From the NCBI RefSeq assembly GCF_009914755.1, contig NC_060926.1: DNA of 64,000 bases; one strand, written 5' to 3'. Shown here one piece after another: positions 1 to 12,406 of the stretch. Below the pieces are notes generated by a model. That model worked only from the letters and a program-made list of their open reading frames with translations, had not been told where the DNA came from and ran no database searches. Origin of the DNA: the human T2T-CHM13v2.0 reference genome, Homo sapiens. The translations under genes were made by a program, and so were the position numbers. Positions within the stretch are counted from its first letter, which is position 1, and each line of letters opens with the position of its first letter.

Positions 1-199
1 TTTGGTTTCAAAGGATGACATTTAGTCTTCATAATTTATCTTATGCCCGTTCTTTTCTTTCTACCTTCTCTGTGGCCATCTCAGGTTAGGCCCCTAGCCT
101 CCCTCACTTGGAGGTCTCATGGCACCGTGGCCCGGAGGTGAGACAGATCTGTACAAGCTGCTTGCTCCCAGATAATTACAGTAAACAAAAACCATGACA

Positions 200-440
200 A
201 TAATAATTTTTATTGCAAACTTCGTAAATGCCAGGCACTGTGCTAAGCACTTTATGTGAATTATCCCATATAATACTTACAAGATCTCTATTGGATTTGT
301 TCTGTTATTTTTCCTAATTTAGAAATGAAGGAATTAAGGCATAGAGGGGTTAGGGATCTTTCCAACAGTCATACAGTCCATAAAGGGTAGAGCCCAGATT
401 TGAAACTGGATCTGTCTCACTCCACAAGCTGAACCTTTAA
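200..440 (-). mobile_element. MIR
   Basis: gccaggcactgtgctaagcacttta...agagcccagatttgaa MIR core. Confidence 0.7.
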
Positions 441-591
441 TCAAGAAATGGAAAAGTCTGAAATGCCAGGAGGAGTAAGTCATTTATTTAAGGAGAACTG
501 ACATTTTAATCTCACCTGCCACACTATAGAATAGGTGACGTAACTGCAATGGCCTTGAATTATTGTTTCTTTTATTTTGGTTCTCCACGAA

Positions 592-892
<301 letters not shown>

Positions 893-1236
893 TGAAATGG
901 TTTTTAATGACACATTTCCCAGAGTGCCCAGTGGTTCTTACTGCCCTAGGTAAGCTGCCTCTCAGACTCCTCAAAGCAGCTTTACCTGCTTCCTAGACCT
1001 GTATCCTAACACTCATCCCCATAGATACTAAGCTGTAAAGGGATTAAATGCTAATGTGGAATTTCATCCAAGAAATGATTAAGGATATTACAGATGTGGG
1101 TGGGAGTGATTGCAGACTAGTAAGGTTAGCTAGACTTTTAAACCCTTGCTCTTTTCTGAAATCCTCCCTACTTTTCAACTTCTTCTAAGTACCAGATTAA
1201 TTAATATCTGCTTAATATTTGTCATTCACATTTTAA

Positions 1237-1325
1237 CCCATTTATGCCTGGTGTTCCATTATTGGAATGCTGAGCTTGTGGGAGTTATTTATATCCTGCT
1301 CAAGGTCATCTCAGTAGGTCTGATT

Positions 1326-1391
<66 letters not shown>

Positions 1392-1414
1392 TTACAACCT
1401 CCAGCATAAATGGG
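1237..1414 (+). mobile_element. MER85 (piggyBac/PGBD3-derived MITE) with internal (CA)31
   Basis: TTAA on both sides (1233-1236, 1415-1418); TIRs CCCATTTATGC / GCATAAATGGG; internal palindrome GTTCCATTATTGGAAT. Confidence 0.9.
1329..1390. repeat. (CA)31 microsatellite
   Basis: Direct reading. Confidence 0.99.
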
Positions 1415-2351
1415 TTAATACATTAGAGTAGTATGTCTTTGAAAGTATAATGTGAGTTTATTATACAATCCTATAATTAAGGCCATAATTAAATATAAGT
1501 TGCTTAATATATCACTGAGGAACCCGAATAATAGTATCTTAGCTTTTTACTCTTGTTTTGTAATTGAATTGCCATCACCATGGGCTGTATGGTTATGATT
1601 TGGTACTATACTTGGGTACAGAGCTATATGCTTGTTACCAGTTTGAAAATTTGTCTTATGTCTGTAGCCAAGAGCAAAAAAATTACTTTCCTGGTGGATG
1701 TGGCATTTTCAGTAGGTTTTATGCTTCTGAAGTGCTTTTCCTTTTAGATAAAGTATCAGAATCTTTTTGCCGTAATTTTAGTAACACATCCTGCACAAAA
1801 TAGGATCTGACAAAGTACTGTTTCAGTGTACAAACATGTAAGAGCCTACAGGCACCCTTTATTATCACTCCTCAGTTTTATTCGATTCTACAGCTGCTTC
1901 CCCTATCCCTTAGAAATCTTTTGGTATTTCTAGTTTTCTTTAGTACAGCATAAAACCTTATGACTCAGTAGAATATATAATCACATGTACCATATTTTAA
2001 ATAATAAACGTAGTACACTAATGTGTTATCCTTTACAATTAATCTTCCAGTCTGAGGTTAAAGATATTCAGACAATAACAACACCAATCACATCATTCTG
2101 GGTAGCATATTGTTTCTGGGTTTACGCATCATATTGACCGGAGTGTGAAAATACTAGAGATGTTTAATAAACAGAATGCAAGTCATTTGAAATGACAAAA
2201 AGAACAACAGGCAATTTAGGTCGTAAAATAGGGGCAGTTTTAAATGGCACACCCTGTCAGGTATATGTGGCATAAATGAACAGTTTTGGCTTCAAATAGT
2301 TGTAGATTAAAGAAAATGTGAATCATGAAAGCATCAGTAAAATTTCGGTTT

Positions 2352-3385
2352 GGGAGAGGCTTTAAGATGGTTGACTAGAGGCATCTGGTGCTCACCCCCT
2401 CCACAAAGAAGAACCAAAATATCAAGTAGATAATCACACTTTGAACAGATCATCTAACAGAGAACACTGAGGTTTAACAGAGAAGTCACAGGAAACACCT
2501 AAGGCAGGGAAGGAGAGGGAACCAAGGGAGCCTGCTCAGCCAGGATTAGCTGGGAGCCTGGGGAGGCTCCCCAGTGTGAGGAAAGGGTAGATGAGAGACC
2601 TCCAGTGATCCACATTCCCATGTGAATTCCTGCAATCCTAGCCACAGGAGAGCCCTTCGGCCCTCACAGACTCTGAGACTTAACATAGGGAGCTGCCTAG
2701 AGACCTCGTGATGGAATTGCTGCCGAGAGGGAGCTCATGCATGCTGGGTCCCACACACACCTTCTGAGTCTTAAGCAGGTACCACCACCATTGGCACCTG
2801 AGCACTCCTCTCAGAGGCCTCAGGTCAGGCCCACCCAACGTACCACTACCATCACAGCTGGCACTCACCTGTATATACCACCTGTGGGCCTGGGGACTGG
2901 CCTGCCCAGCTGCTAACACCAGCATGGACTGCGTGAGAAGCAGAGGGTTGTCTCACCACTGCTGCTGCCATCACCTATGCTACACCCACTGCCCAGGAGC
3001 CTGAGAACCTGCCTGGCTAACTGCTATCACTGCTGGCACCTAAGCAAGCCACGTAGAGACCCAAGAATTGGCCCACTTGGACCCACTAACACCAATGCCA
3101 GTGTACGCTGCCCTCGGGCCCAAAGACAAACACATTTGGCCCACCTCTGCTACTACTGGGGCTGAGGACTGGCCCACCTGGTAGCCTCATCCTCGGCAAA
3201 ATTTTGCACAGAATCTACTAACAACTGCATCCTAAGGCACTGAAGAATCAGAGACACCACTGATGCTATTTACAACTGAAGAAATCTTATGGAGACTACA
3301 CTACTGCATGTGGCCAGAATCAAAGCCAAAGTGCCCCACCCAAACAGCACCACAGATAACATCTTCAGGAAGTCCTCCCCTAAAA
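2352..3385 (+). mobile_element. Old L1 (L1M/L1MA-type) 5' UTR-like fragment
   Basis: Starts gggagaggctttaagatggttgactagaggca, resembling old L1 5' termini; GC-richer with degenerate internal repeats; subfamily uncertain. Confidence 0.55.
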
Positions 3386-3399
3386 GAGATGCTAGAGGA

Positions 3400-3713
<314 letters not shown>

Positions 3714-4698
3714 CTAGAGGAATTGGGTAAGGGAAAGGCAAGTCAGAAAACCTCATTTGTATGGTGATATGATAGAGAAGAGCTTTGGTTGGGTTTGGGG
3801 AATGGGCGGCGGGGGGACACCAAACTTATTCAGCACCTTTGGCCTGACCTGGACCTGGTTCTGTAGAATACACTCCATCCATATTTGCATTAGAAGATGA
3901 ACTTCTTGAAGGCAGGGCTGTGTTTTGCTGATTTTCATATTTGCCATGTGTGCCTAGCAGAGTATTTAGCTGTTAGGTTGATGAACTCTTATCTACTAAA
4001 CGTATAGCAGAAGATGAGGATTAAAGTTTAGGTATTGGATGGCTATAGCCTTGTATACTTTTGCAGTGTTTTCCGAAGAGCTGAGCACATCATCTCTTCC
4101 TTCTCTGGTGTACTGTCTGGCTAGAACAGGGGCCTTGTGTGGCACTCGAAATCAGAAACCACTTTCTGCCTCCCATTCATGTTCACTGGCGTAGGGTGAG
4201 ACCTGATGGGCCCTGCAAGCTCTTACTTCCCTGGGATGAGAAGAGCAGAGGCTGGCTTGCAGCATCAGCCATGTTCCTCATTCTCCAAAGTGCCTGATTA
4301 TTCACTAAATGCTGCCCTAGAGTTATCTCTACTGTGGTTAAATATAGAAAACTAGGTAGTGATTTTGGCAGTAGGTGACTAGGTTTATTTGGAAAGGTGG
4401 GTTTTTGTTGAAATGTTTCTCTTCATTACGCACACATACCTAATTGCATGCTTGCTAAAATGGAAGAAGAGACCAGAGAGGGACAGGGACAATCACTGTC
4501 ACGACTTTTGGTGCCCTGACTCTAAAACTCACATGGTAAACTGATTTTTCTTCAAGAAAGGTGATGCTCTAAATCTAGACAGATTTATCCTGAAGTGTGG
4601 TTTTTAATTCATACCTTAGGGTTCATTTTACTATCATTTGGAAAGCCAATGTAGTTTTGGTTTCTCATGTAATGTCGGGCTTTATCTCTCTGCTTCAG

Positions 4699-4866
4699 CT
4701 GATCCCCCTGTGATCTCGGAAGAGAAAGGGCCCTGTTACCGACTTGTCAGTTCTGGAAGACAGTGTATGCACCCTCTGTCTGTTCACCTCACCAAGCAGC
4801 TCTGCTGTTGTAGTGTGGGCAAGGCCTGGGGCCCACACTGTGAGAAATGTCCCCTTCCAGGCACAG
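4699..4866 (+). CDS. LTBP1: LTBP1 coding exon: 8-Cys/TB domain, Cys1-7 (DPPVISEEKGPCYRLVSSGRQCMHPLSVHLTKQLCCCSVGKAWGPHCEKCPLPGT)
   Basis: Acceptor ctctctgcttcag|CT, donor CAG|gtaaga; 168 nt, phase 1-1; CCC..GxAWG..C..CP TB signature; matches the LTBP1 sequence as recalled. Confidence 0.97.
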
Positions 4867-5836
4867 GTAAGACATGCCCAGCTGTATGCGCACATAGATT
4901 CCCAGCCACATGAGTACACGGGACAACTTTGGCACCTTGGGTCATTTGTGGTTTCTGACTTTAATTTTTAATAATACATTGTAAATATTTAATCACCTTT
5001 GTAGAAACTGTACACATACAATGTTGAATCAGTGGGAAAAAATTATGTGCAAAGAGATTTTCCCATTTCTATGTGATATCAGACTTCCTTTTGAATATTA
5101 AGAAAAGCCATTATATTTTATCTTCAATTTCCAGGACTCTGAGTCTGATATTTAAGTGTAGAGAGACCAGAAGGCTCTGCTGGGCCATGCGCTTTCCTAA
5201 TGATTGGCTGCTCATCAATTCACAGTAACTAGACTTTGTGCAAGTTGACTCATTTACTCATTTATTGAGTATCGTGCTTAATTTCTTTAATTGGAAATGG
5301 AGGAAATTATATTCATGATTGAATTTACGCTATGAAGATTAATAACTTAAGGACAGAACTTGCCAAAACTCCTGAAAACTTCTGTGGGAGTTGAGTATTA
5401 AGAAGTAGATTATTCTTTATCCTTCAATTTGGTACATAATTGCCTTATGCCCTGAGAAGGCAAATTTATCTCTTTAAATACCTTCTACCAATGAACCACC
5501 AACTTCTCAAGCAGGATCAAGTAGAGTTAAGTGGAAGAGAAAGAAATGTAACCTGAAAGCGTTAGACCTGATATTAACAAGGAATGGCTTCAATGTCACT
5601 TACTTGGGGTGGACATTAAATAGTCTACTCAATTGCATGTTTGATAAGATGCTTTCTACCTAGGAAAGTGTCTTAACTCTCACAGGGCCATGTAGTGTCT
5701 TAAAGCTGTAACTTACACCATAGCAGACAAGATTTAAATATAAGTATCATGACTCACCTTTGTTCATGGTTAGAACCAGAAAGAACTGTGTTAAGGCAAA
5801 GGATAATACAACATTGATGGTATGTTGGTAGACTAG

Positions 5837-6178
<342 letters not shown>

Positions 6179-6572
6179 GATGGTTCCACTCATTATTAAA
6201 AATTAATAATCAAGTAATCTTTATAATTTATAGACACGTTTCTCTTGAAGTTCAGTTTTTAAAGCTTTCAGTTTGTGAATTTATTATGCGTATTATTTTG
6301 TGTCTGTATAATGTGTTTTTAATTTTTTTAAATTTTTTAAATGTTTAGCTTTTAAGTTCAGGGGTAAAAGTGGAAGCTCAATTTTGATAGCTTTATAATC
6401 CTTACATGAAGCATAAATTGAGATGGTGACTGGAACTCAGGGATACTCCTCTCTAGTACTATCAATAAATTTGAAAATAATATTCAAGATAAAATTTTTG
6501 CACTTAAGTTTTGGTTATATGGTGATTTTCACTAAAAATATTTAGTTCGTTAATTCTTTAAACTTGGTTTTT

Positions 6573-6868
6573 TTTTTTTTTTTTTTAGGGAGTTTGTTGT
6601 TGTTTTTCTGGTTTTGTTTTTGTTTTTATTATACTTTAAGTTTTAGGGTACATGTGCACAGCATGCATGTTGGTTACATATGTATACATGTGCCATATTG
6701 GTGTGCTGCACCCATTAACTCGTCATTTAACATTAGGTATATCTCCTAATGCTATCCCTCCCGCCTCCCCCCACCCCACAACAGTCCCCAGAGTGTGATG
6801 TTCCCCTTCCTGTGTCCATGTGTTCTCATTGTTCAATTCCCACCTATGAGTGAGAACATGCGGTGTTT

Positions 6869-6902
<34 letters not shown>

Positions 6903-7636
6903 TATTTTCTATTACATTTATTAATATCAAACACTGTTGTTTCCTGCATTTTTTTTTATTATACTTTAAGTTTTAGGGTACATGTGCACATTGTGCAGGT
7001 TAGTTACATATGTATACATGTGCCATGCTGGTGCGCTGCACCCACTAACTCGTCATCTAGCATTAGGTATATCTCCCAGTGCTATCCCTCCCCCCTCCCC
7101 CCACCCCACCACAGTCCCCAGAGTGTGATATTCCCCTTCCTGTGTCCATGTGATCTCATTGTTCAATTCCCACCTATGAGTGAGAATATGTGGTGTTTGG
7201 TTTTTTGTTCTTGCGATAGTTTACTGAGAATGATGGTTTCCAATTTCATCCATGTCCCTACAAAGGACATGAACTCATCATTTTTTATGGCTGCATAGTA
7301 TTCCATCTCACACCAGTTAGAATGGCAATCATTAAAAAGTCAGGAAACAACAGGTGCTGGAGAGGATGTGGAGAAATAGGAACACTCTTACACTGTTGGT
7401 GGGACTGTAAACTAGTTCAACCATTGTGGAAGTCAGTGTGGCGATTCCTCAGGGATCTAGAACTAGAAATACCATTTGACCCAGCCATCCCATTACTGGA
7501 TATATACCCAAATGACTATAAATCATGCTGCTATAAAGACACATGCACACGTATGTTTATTGCGGCATTATTCACAGTAGCAAAGACTTGGAACCAACCC
7601 AAATGTCCAACAATGATAGACTGGATTAAGAAAATG
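6573..7636 (-). mobile_element. L1PA2-type 5'-truncated, 5'-inverted (twin-primed) insertion with serial 3' transductions
   Basis: TSD TAAACTTGGTTTTT at 6559-6572 and 7637-7650; antisense L1 3' end 6949-7306 (GAG rather than ACA diagnostic); sense ORF2 C-terminal piece 7303-7637; older L1PA 3' end 6625-6870. Confidence 0.9.
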
Positions 7637-8737
7637 TAAACTTGGTTTTTAAAGTCATGTTTTCTTCTGGAAACATGTTTCCAAGTAAAAATTGTTTTTC
7701 CTAGTTAAACATAAGAATGAGGTTCTACCATTTAGTGTGTGATCCTTAGAAAAACAGTATTTTAGCATACTATAAGCAGTATTTTTAGAGTTTCCTTTTT
7801 CTTGAGAACTAATTTTAGGTCCCAGACATTCAATAGAAGATCTCTTGTTCAGTGAAAGTGAGAAATGACTTATTTTATATTCAATTTTAAAAGTAGAAAT
7901 AAAAAAGTTAACCATAAGCTCCTTGGTGTCTACATTTGGTAATTTGCCTCCAACACCAACACCAAAGGGATTAGGTGGATTTTTCCTCTGAAGGCCACAC
8001 ACTGCCTTACCCTTCTTCTCCCCCTTGCCTTTCCCCTTCACTATTCATGGGGATTATGCCGTGGAGGTTAGCAAATCACATGTGCTGAGTCTACTTTTTT
8101 TTTTTTTTAAAGAATACAAAACCACTTTTTTTCTGGCAATGGTAGTGATTGATTCCAGGGCACAGAATATCTCCTTGGCCTCTGGGTAGTTAAATGAGCT
8201 GGTCACGGCCAGGCTTTTGCCCAGTTGTTGTTCCTTTACTTGAAAATAGCTGCATCTTGATTTGGCATTTCCCTTCTTTCTTGATTTCTACCTATCATCT
8301 CCAGCATGTCTCACTCTCTAGACTCTTCCTCACTATCCCGAGATTCTCCCCTTCAGAAACACTTCCCCTTTTCCGTCCTCCGTAATCTACATCCTCTTAA
8401 CCAGCTGATACATGGCATTTTGGTGGAGCCCTTTGTGTTCTTCAACTGGAAGCAAACTGTGAGGATTTCGGCATCTCATTTCCCTGAATAGTGATTTTTT
8501 TTAACCTTATGGCTCTTCATCTAACTTAGACAAATGTCACTGAGTTCTTTTTTAATAACTAATGAAATTACATCAAAGCGGGAAAAAAAGCCTGATTTTT
8601 GCTGATAAGACATATACATGCAACATGAGATATATAATACATATAGTGTCTTCTATATATAAAATATCTCCTAATATATAACCTAATATGATATATAGTA
8701 TTTTCTAATTGGTTGCTGATATATATGGGATGGAGGG

Positions 8738-8742
<5 letters not shown>

Positions 8743-8792
<50 letters not shown>
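8743..8792. repeat. (TA)n microsatellite, ~25 units
   Basis: Direct reading. Confidence 0.98.
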
Positions 8793-8796
<4 letters not shown>

Positions 8797-8987
8797 CCCT
8801 CTGTATCCATGGTTATGCATCAGTGGATTCAACCCAATTGGTTGGTTGAATCTGTGGATGCAGAACTGGATATGGAGGGCTGATCATACTATGCAATTTT
8901 ATGTAAGGGTCTTGAGCATTGCAGATTTTGATATCCACAGGGGTTATCCTAGAACTAATCCCTCATGGATACTGAGGAATGACTATG
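8791..8987. mobile_element. MER2/MER8-like TcMar-Tigger MITE
   Basis: Imperfect TIRs tagttaccctctgtatccat / atggatactgaggaatgacta, internal hairpin, adjacent (TA)n. Confidence 0.7.
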
Positions 8988-9297
8988 TAAATAATATGAT
9001 ATATAAAATATATGCTAAGTATATGCTATATATAATATGTATATTCTGATTTGGGTAGGATAAGGAATTAACAGATGGAAAAATGTTTAGTAAAAAAAAA
9101 GTTGGATTTTTTTCTTTAAATATGCAAGTTTATCAGAAATTCGAGCAATTTGCTTACATTTTGCACCTGTTTTTGAAGTTTTAAAATGTAACTACATTAG
9201 TGATGATTTATTAAGAGCTATTCATCATGATATTTTCCTCTGTATAAGTTTGCACTGTTAGATTTTTAAAAGGAATATTTTCCCATCCCAAATCTAG

Positions 9298-9525
9298 CTG
9301 CTTTTAAGGAAATCTGTCCTGGTGGAATGGGTTATACGGTTTCTGGCGTTCATAGACGCAGGCCAATCCATCACCATGTAGGTAAAGGACCTGTATTTGT
9401 CAAGCCAAAGAACACTCAACCTGTTGCTAAAAGTACTCATCCTCCACCTCTCCCAGCCAAGGAAGAGCCAGTGGAGGCCCTGACCTTCTCCCGGGAACAC
9501 GGGCCAGGAGTGGCGGAGCCAGAAG
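9298..9525 (+). CDS. LTBP1: LTBP1 coding exon: TB Cys8 and start of hinge (AAFKEICPGGMGYTVSGVHRRRPIHHHVGK...PGVAEPE)
   Basis: aatctag|CT acceptor, GAAG|gtgag donor; 228 nt, in frame with the previous exon; alternative internal acceptor at 9457. Confidence 0.96.
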
Positions 9526-9606
9526 GTGAGAGCGGTAATGGATCATGGACTCTAGACATCTATCTGTGTGTCTTTGCTTTGATTTCCCTGTTTATAACCC
9601 TCTAGA

Positions 9607-9740
9607 ACAGAGTTTCTCAGCCTAAGCACTATTGGCATTTTAGAGTGGAGAATTATTTGATTGGGGGCTGCCCTGTGTATTGTAAAATGTTTAGCCACTG
9701 CTATAGAATAATATGTACCTAGTAGATAACAATATTCCAT
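9607..9740. mobile_element. MER20 (hAT-Charlie) fragment
   Basis: cagagtttctcagcctaagcactattggcatttt...ggggctgccctgtgtattgtaaaatgtttagc resembles a MER20 terminus. Confidence 0.65.
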
Positions 9741-11601
9741 GCTAATTTTAGAATGCTGTCCTGATGTTTGGGGGCTGCTTTATCTTGGCGTTTATATCTG
9801 GAGAGTAATTTAGATCCTTCAGGGAATAGCCCTAATTTCATTTCTTGTCTAGAAGGCCATTTAACAACTATTTATTTCTGAAGTGGAATCCACAGACTTT
9901 CAAAAAGTTAAAGCATTAAGGTCTAATGGGCAGTCAAGGATAATGGAGGATGAAATGAAGGAAGCTAAGAGATTGTCAGTTGAAGAGATCTGGTGATCAC
10001 CTAGTGTGGTTCTTCCATTTACCCTCTGAGAAACCTGAGACCTAGAGAGGGGACATGACTTGCCAGATGTCATATAGAGAACATGTAATGGGACCTGTGA
10101 CCACGGAGCACCTTTTCCCAAGGAAATAGTTTAAGGCTTATACTTGAGAGGGAGTCTAGAGACAATGGACTTTGACTCTCTCTCTGGCATTCAGGCTGTG
10201 GGGTCATCCCTATCTCTTGATATAAACCCAGCAATATCTAATACTTCACATATCTTGCTTACAAAGATGTTCACCTCAGAAGGAACAAACCTTTTGGATT
10301 TGTATGGAATAGACGTATTTTCTCTAATAAAGCTCCTGTTGGCTTTTCACAGTTGATTCTGAGGTCAGAATTCAGGGGGCCATTTTTGGGTGCTGTTGAG
10401 GAGATAGAGTGCCCAGGCTAGTGTTGTGTTGGGAGTTTGCCATAGCCGCCTTCTTGGTGAGGCAGGCTTTTTTTCTGAGCTCTGAACGTTTGTGTGTTCT
10501 GGCCTATTTGATTCTATGCTTTCACTCACTGCATTTCTTCCTTGGTGAGGCAGAACAGGCAAAACCTCAGCTGGAATCAACAGTATTAATCAGTTTGCCC
10601 CTGGACACTTAGTATCATGACCAGATGTTTGCAACTGTTCATTGTTTGCACAGGCAGGAGGAAATGGGCCGTAGTTCCAGATTTTGCCTCAAGACCTTCT
10701 TCGTGGTAGGTTAGGCAGAATAGAAGGTTATTGACTTTCTCCAACCCCAAGAATATTGCAGCAATGATTTTACTTTGTCTGGTACCCTGATTGCTTTCAG
10801 GATTTAATGCTCCTGCCCAACCTGTAAACTAATGTTTTTACAGGAGACATTGATTGACTTATGAGAAAAATCCTGGTGAATGTTGATCCAGGGCTTTAGA
10901 ACTAATATGAAGGACTGATTAATGAAAAGCAAGTCTTTAAAAATACAAAGGCATCACCAACACCCTCACAATAACGTTTATGATTGTGTAATGTATAATT
11001 TGTTCAGTATATTGATGCTAATCTCTAATTGGCTCTTCCTGGCTTGTGAGATTCTTTTTCGTAATTTAGTTAGCATATCTTTTTGAAAATATTCACGGGG
11101 CTTCATTAAAGATTGGAATACATCAAGAATGCAGCACATGCTGTCATGTCTCTTACTGAAATAAGTGACATTCTTTTTTAACACTTGACACCAGAAAGCA
11201 TTTCAAACATTATATACCATAAGGATAAACCTTTAACCAATTAATGAAAATGTTTGTTTTCTAACATATGGAAAGTTCCACATAACTGAGATAAGGCATA
11301 AAATGTTGTACCAGAAAGTATTGCCTTCTTCTTTTAATTTTAATTCTGAAAGAGTTTGAAAGACTTGTTCACATCTTCTCCATGTGCTCCAGTAGTTGAG
11401 GAGTAACAGCACTGAGAGTTCTCTGTTAGTCATGTGTAAAATTCCCTAAAATGGCAGATGATCCTAATTCTGCATTTGCTTTAGTCTGATTCTTAATCCT
11501 TTTGCAGAGATAATGGACTTCTATTGTTTTTTAAGAATTGAAATATAATAGACTGAATTGTCTTAAATGGTACTAATACCCTTTTTCTTTTCTGGTTTTA
11601 G

Positions 11602-11624
11602 TGGCAACTGCACCCCCTGAAAAG
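11602..11624 (+). CDS. LTBP1: LTBP1 23-nt microexon (VATAPPEK)
   Basis: Long pyrimidine tract then ttttag|TG, AAG|gtaatt donor; phase 1-0; needed to join the flanking exons in frame. Confidence 0.93.
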
Positions 11625-12324
11625 GTAATTTATTCATTGCTTGCAAGTCTTTTTTTTTCAACGCTCAAAGTGATTTTCTATTAGAATATGTATGGATTTT
11701 TTAGACTTAAATATAGTAACATCTCTATTATGCATCATTTGGTTTGAGTTAATATAGCATTCAGTTATTCCAAAAAAATTTATTGAGCCATTGTCATAGA
11801 TTGGGACTCTTCTCAGTGTTAGGAAAACAATAGAGAACAAATAGGACAAAAATCTCTACTTTCATGAAGCTTCAATTCTCGTGAGAAGAAAATGGGAAAC
11901 TAATGGGAATCAAGGGCATAAATAGAATTCAATGTCACCTGATGGCCTGGACCATCTGTGAAAGAAAGGCTGTGACATGCTTAGATAATCATGTATTCTT
12001 AGAGCACATATATAGTTAGTGAAGTACTTCTTAGTTCAACTAAAATTTAACATACATGTTTGAATTGAGTTTGAGTAAGAACAGAACTTACACTTAAAAG
12101 TTACAATCAAATACTAGAATGTTGCTTTTTGAAAAGTCAGTCTATTGGCTTTTGGGCATAGATGGGGGCTATGAATTGTGAGACATTTTAGTAGGAAATG
12201 TAAACATTTACTGGATCTAAGTCCTATTTATGTAATATTGTTCCTTCTCTGAATCCGGCTTTCTTTCTTTAATAAAAACATCCATTTTCATTAAATGAAT
12301 GAACTTTATGTCAGAGAACTACTA

Positions 12325-12406
12325 TGATATATTGCTAGACTAAATTATCGTTGCATTTTGAAATGGGATCTCAATGCATGTAACAGGCTTTAATTTTCTT
12401 TTTATC
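12325..12406 (+). repeat. 82-bp dispersed duplicate of 15208-15289
   Basis: Ungapped, 77/82 identical by manual alignment. Confidence 0.95.

Noticed and set aside
6625-6870. Reading the older L1 as a resident element hit by a later L1PA2 insertion
   Set aside because: Its upstream part does not resume after 7637, and the TSD lies outside both elements.
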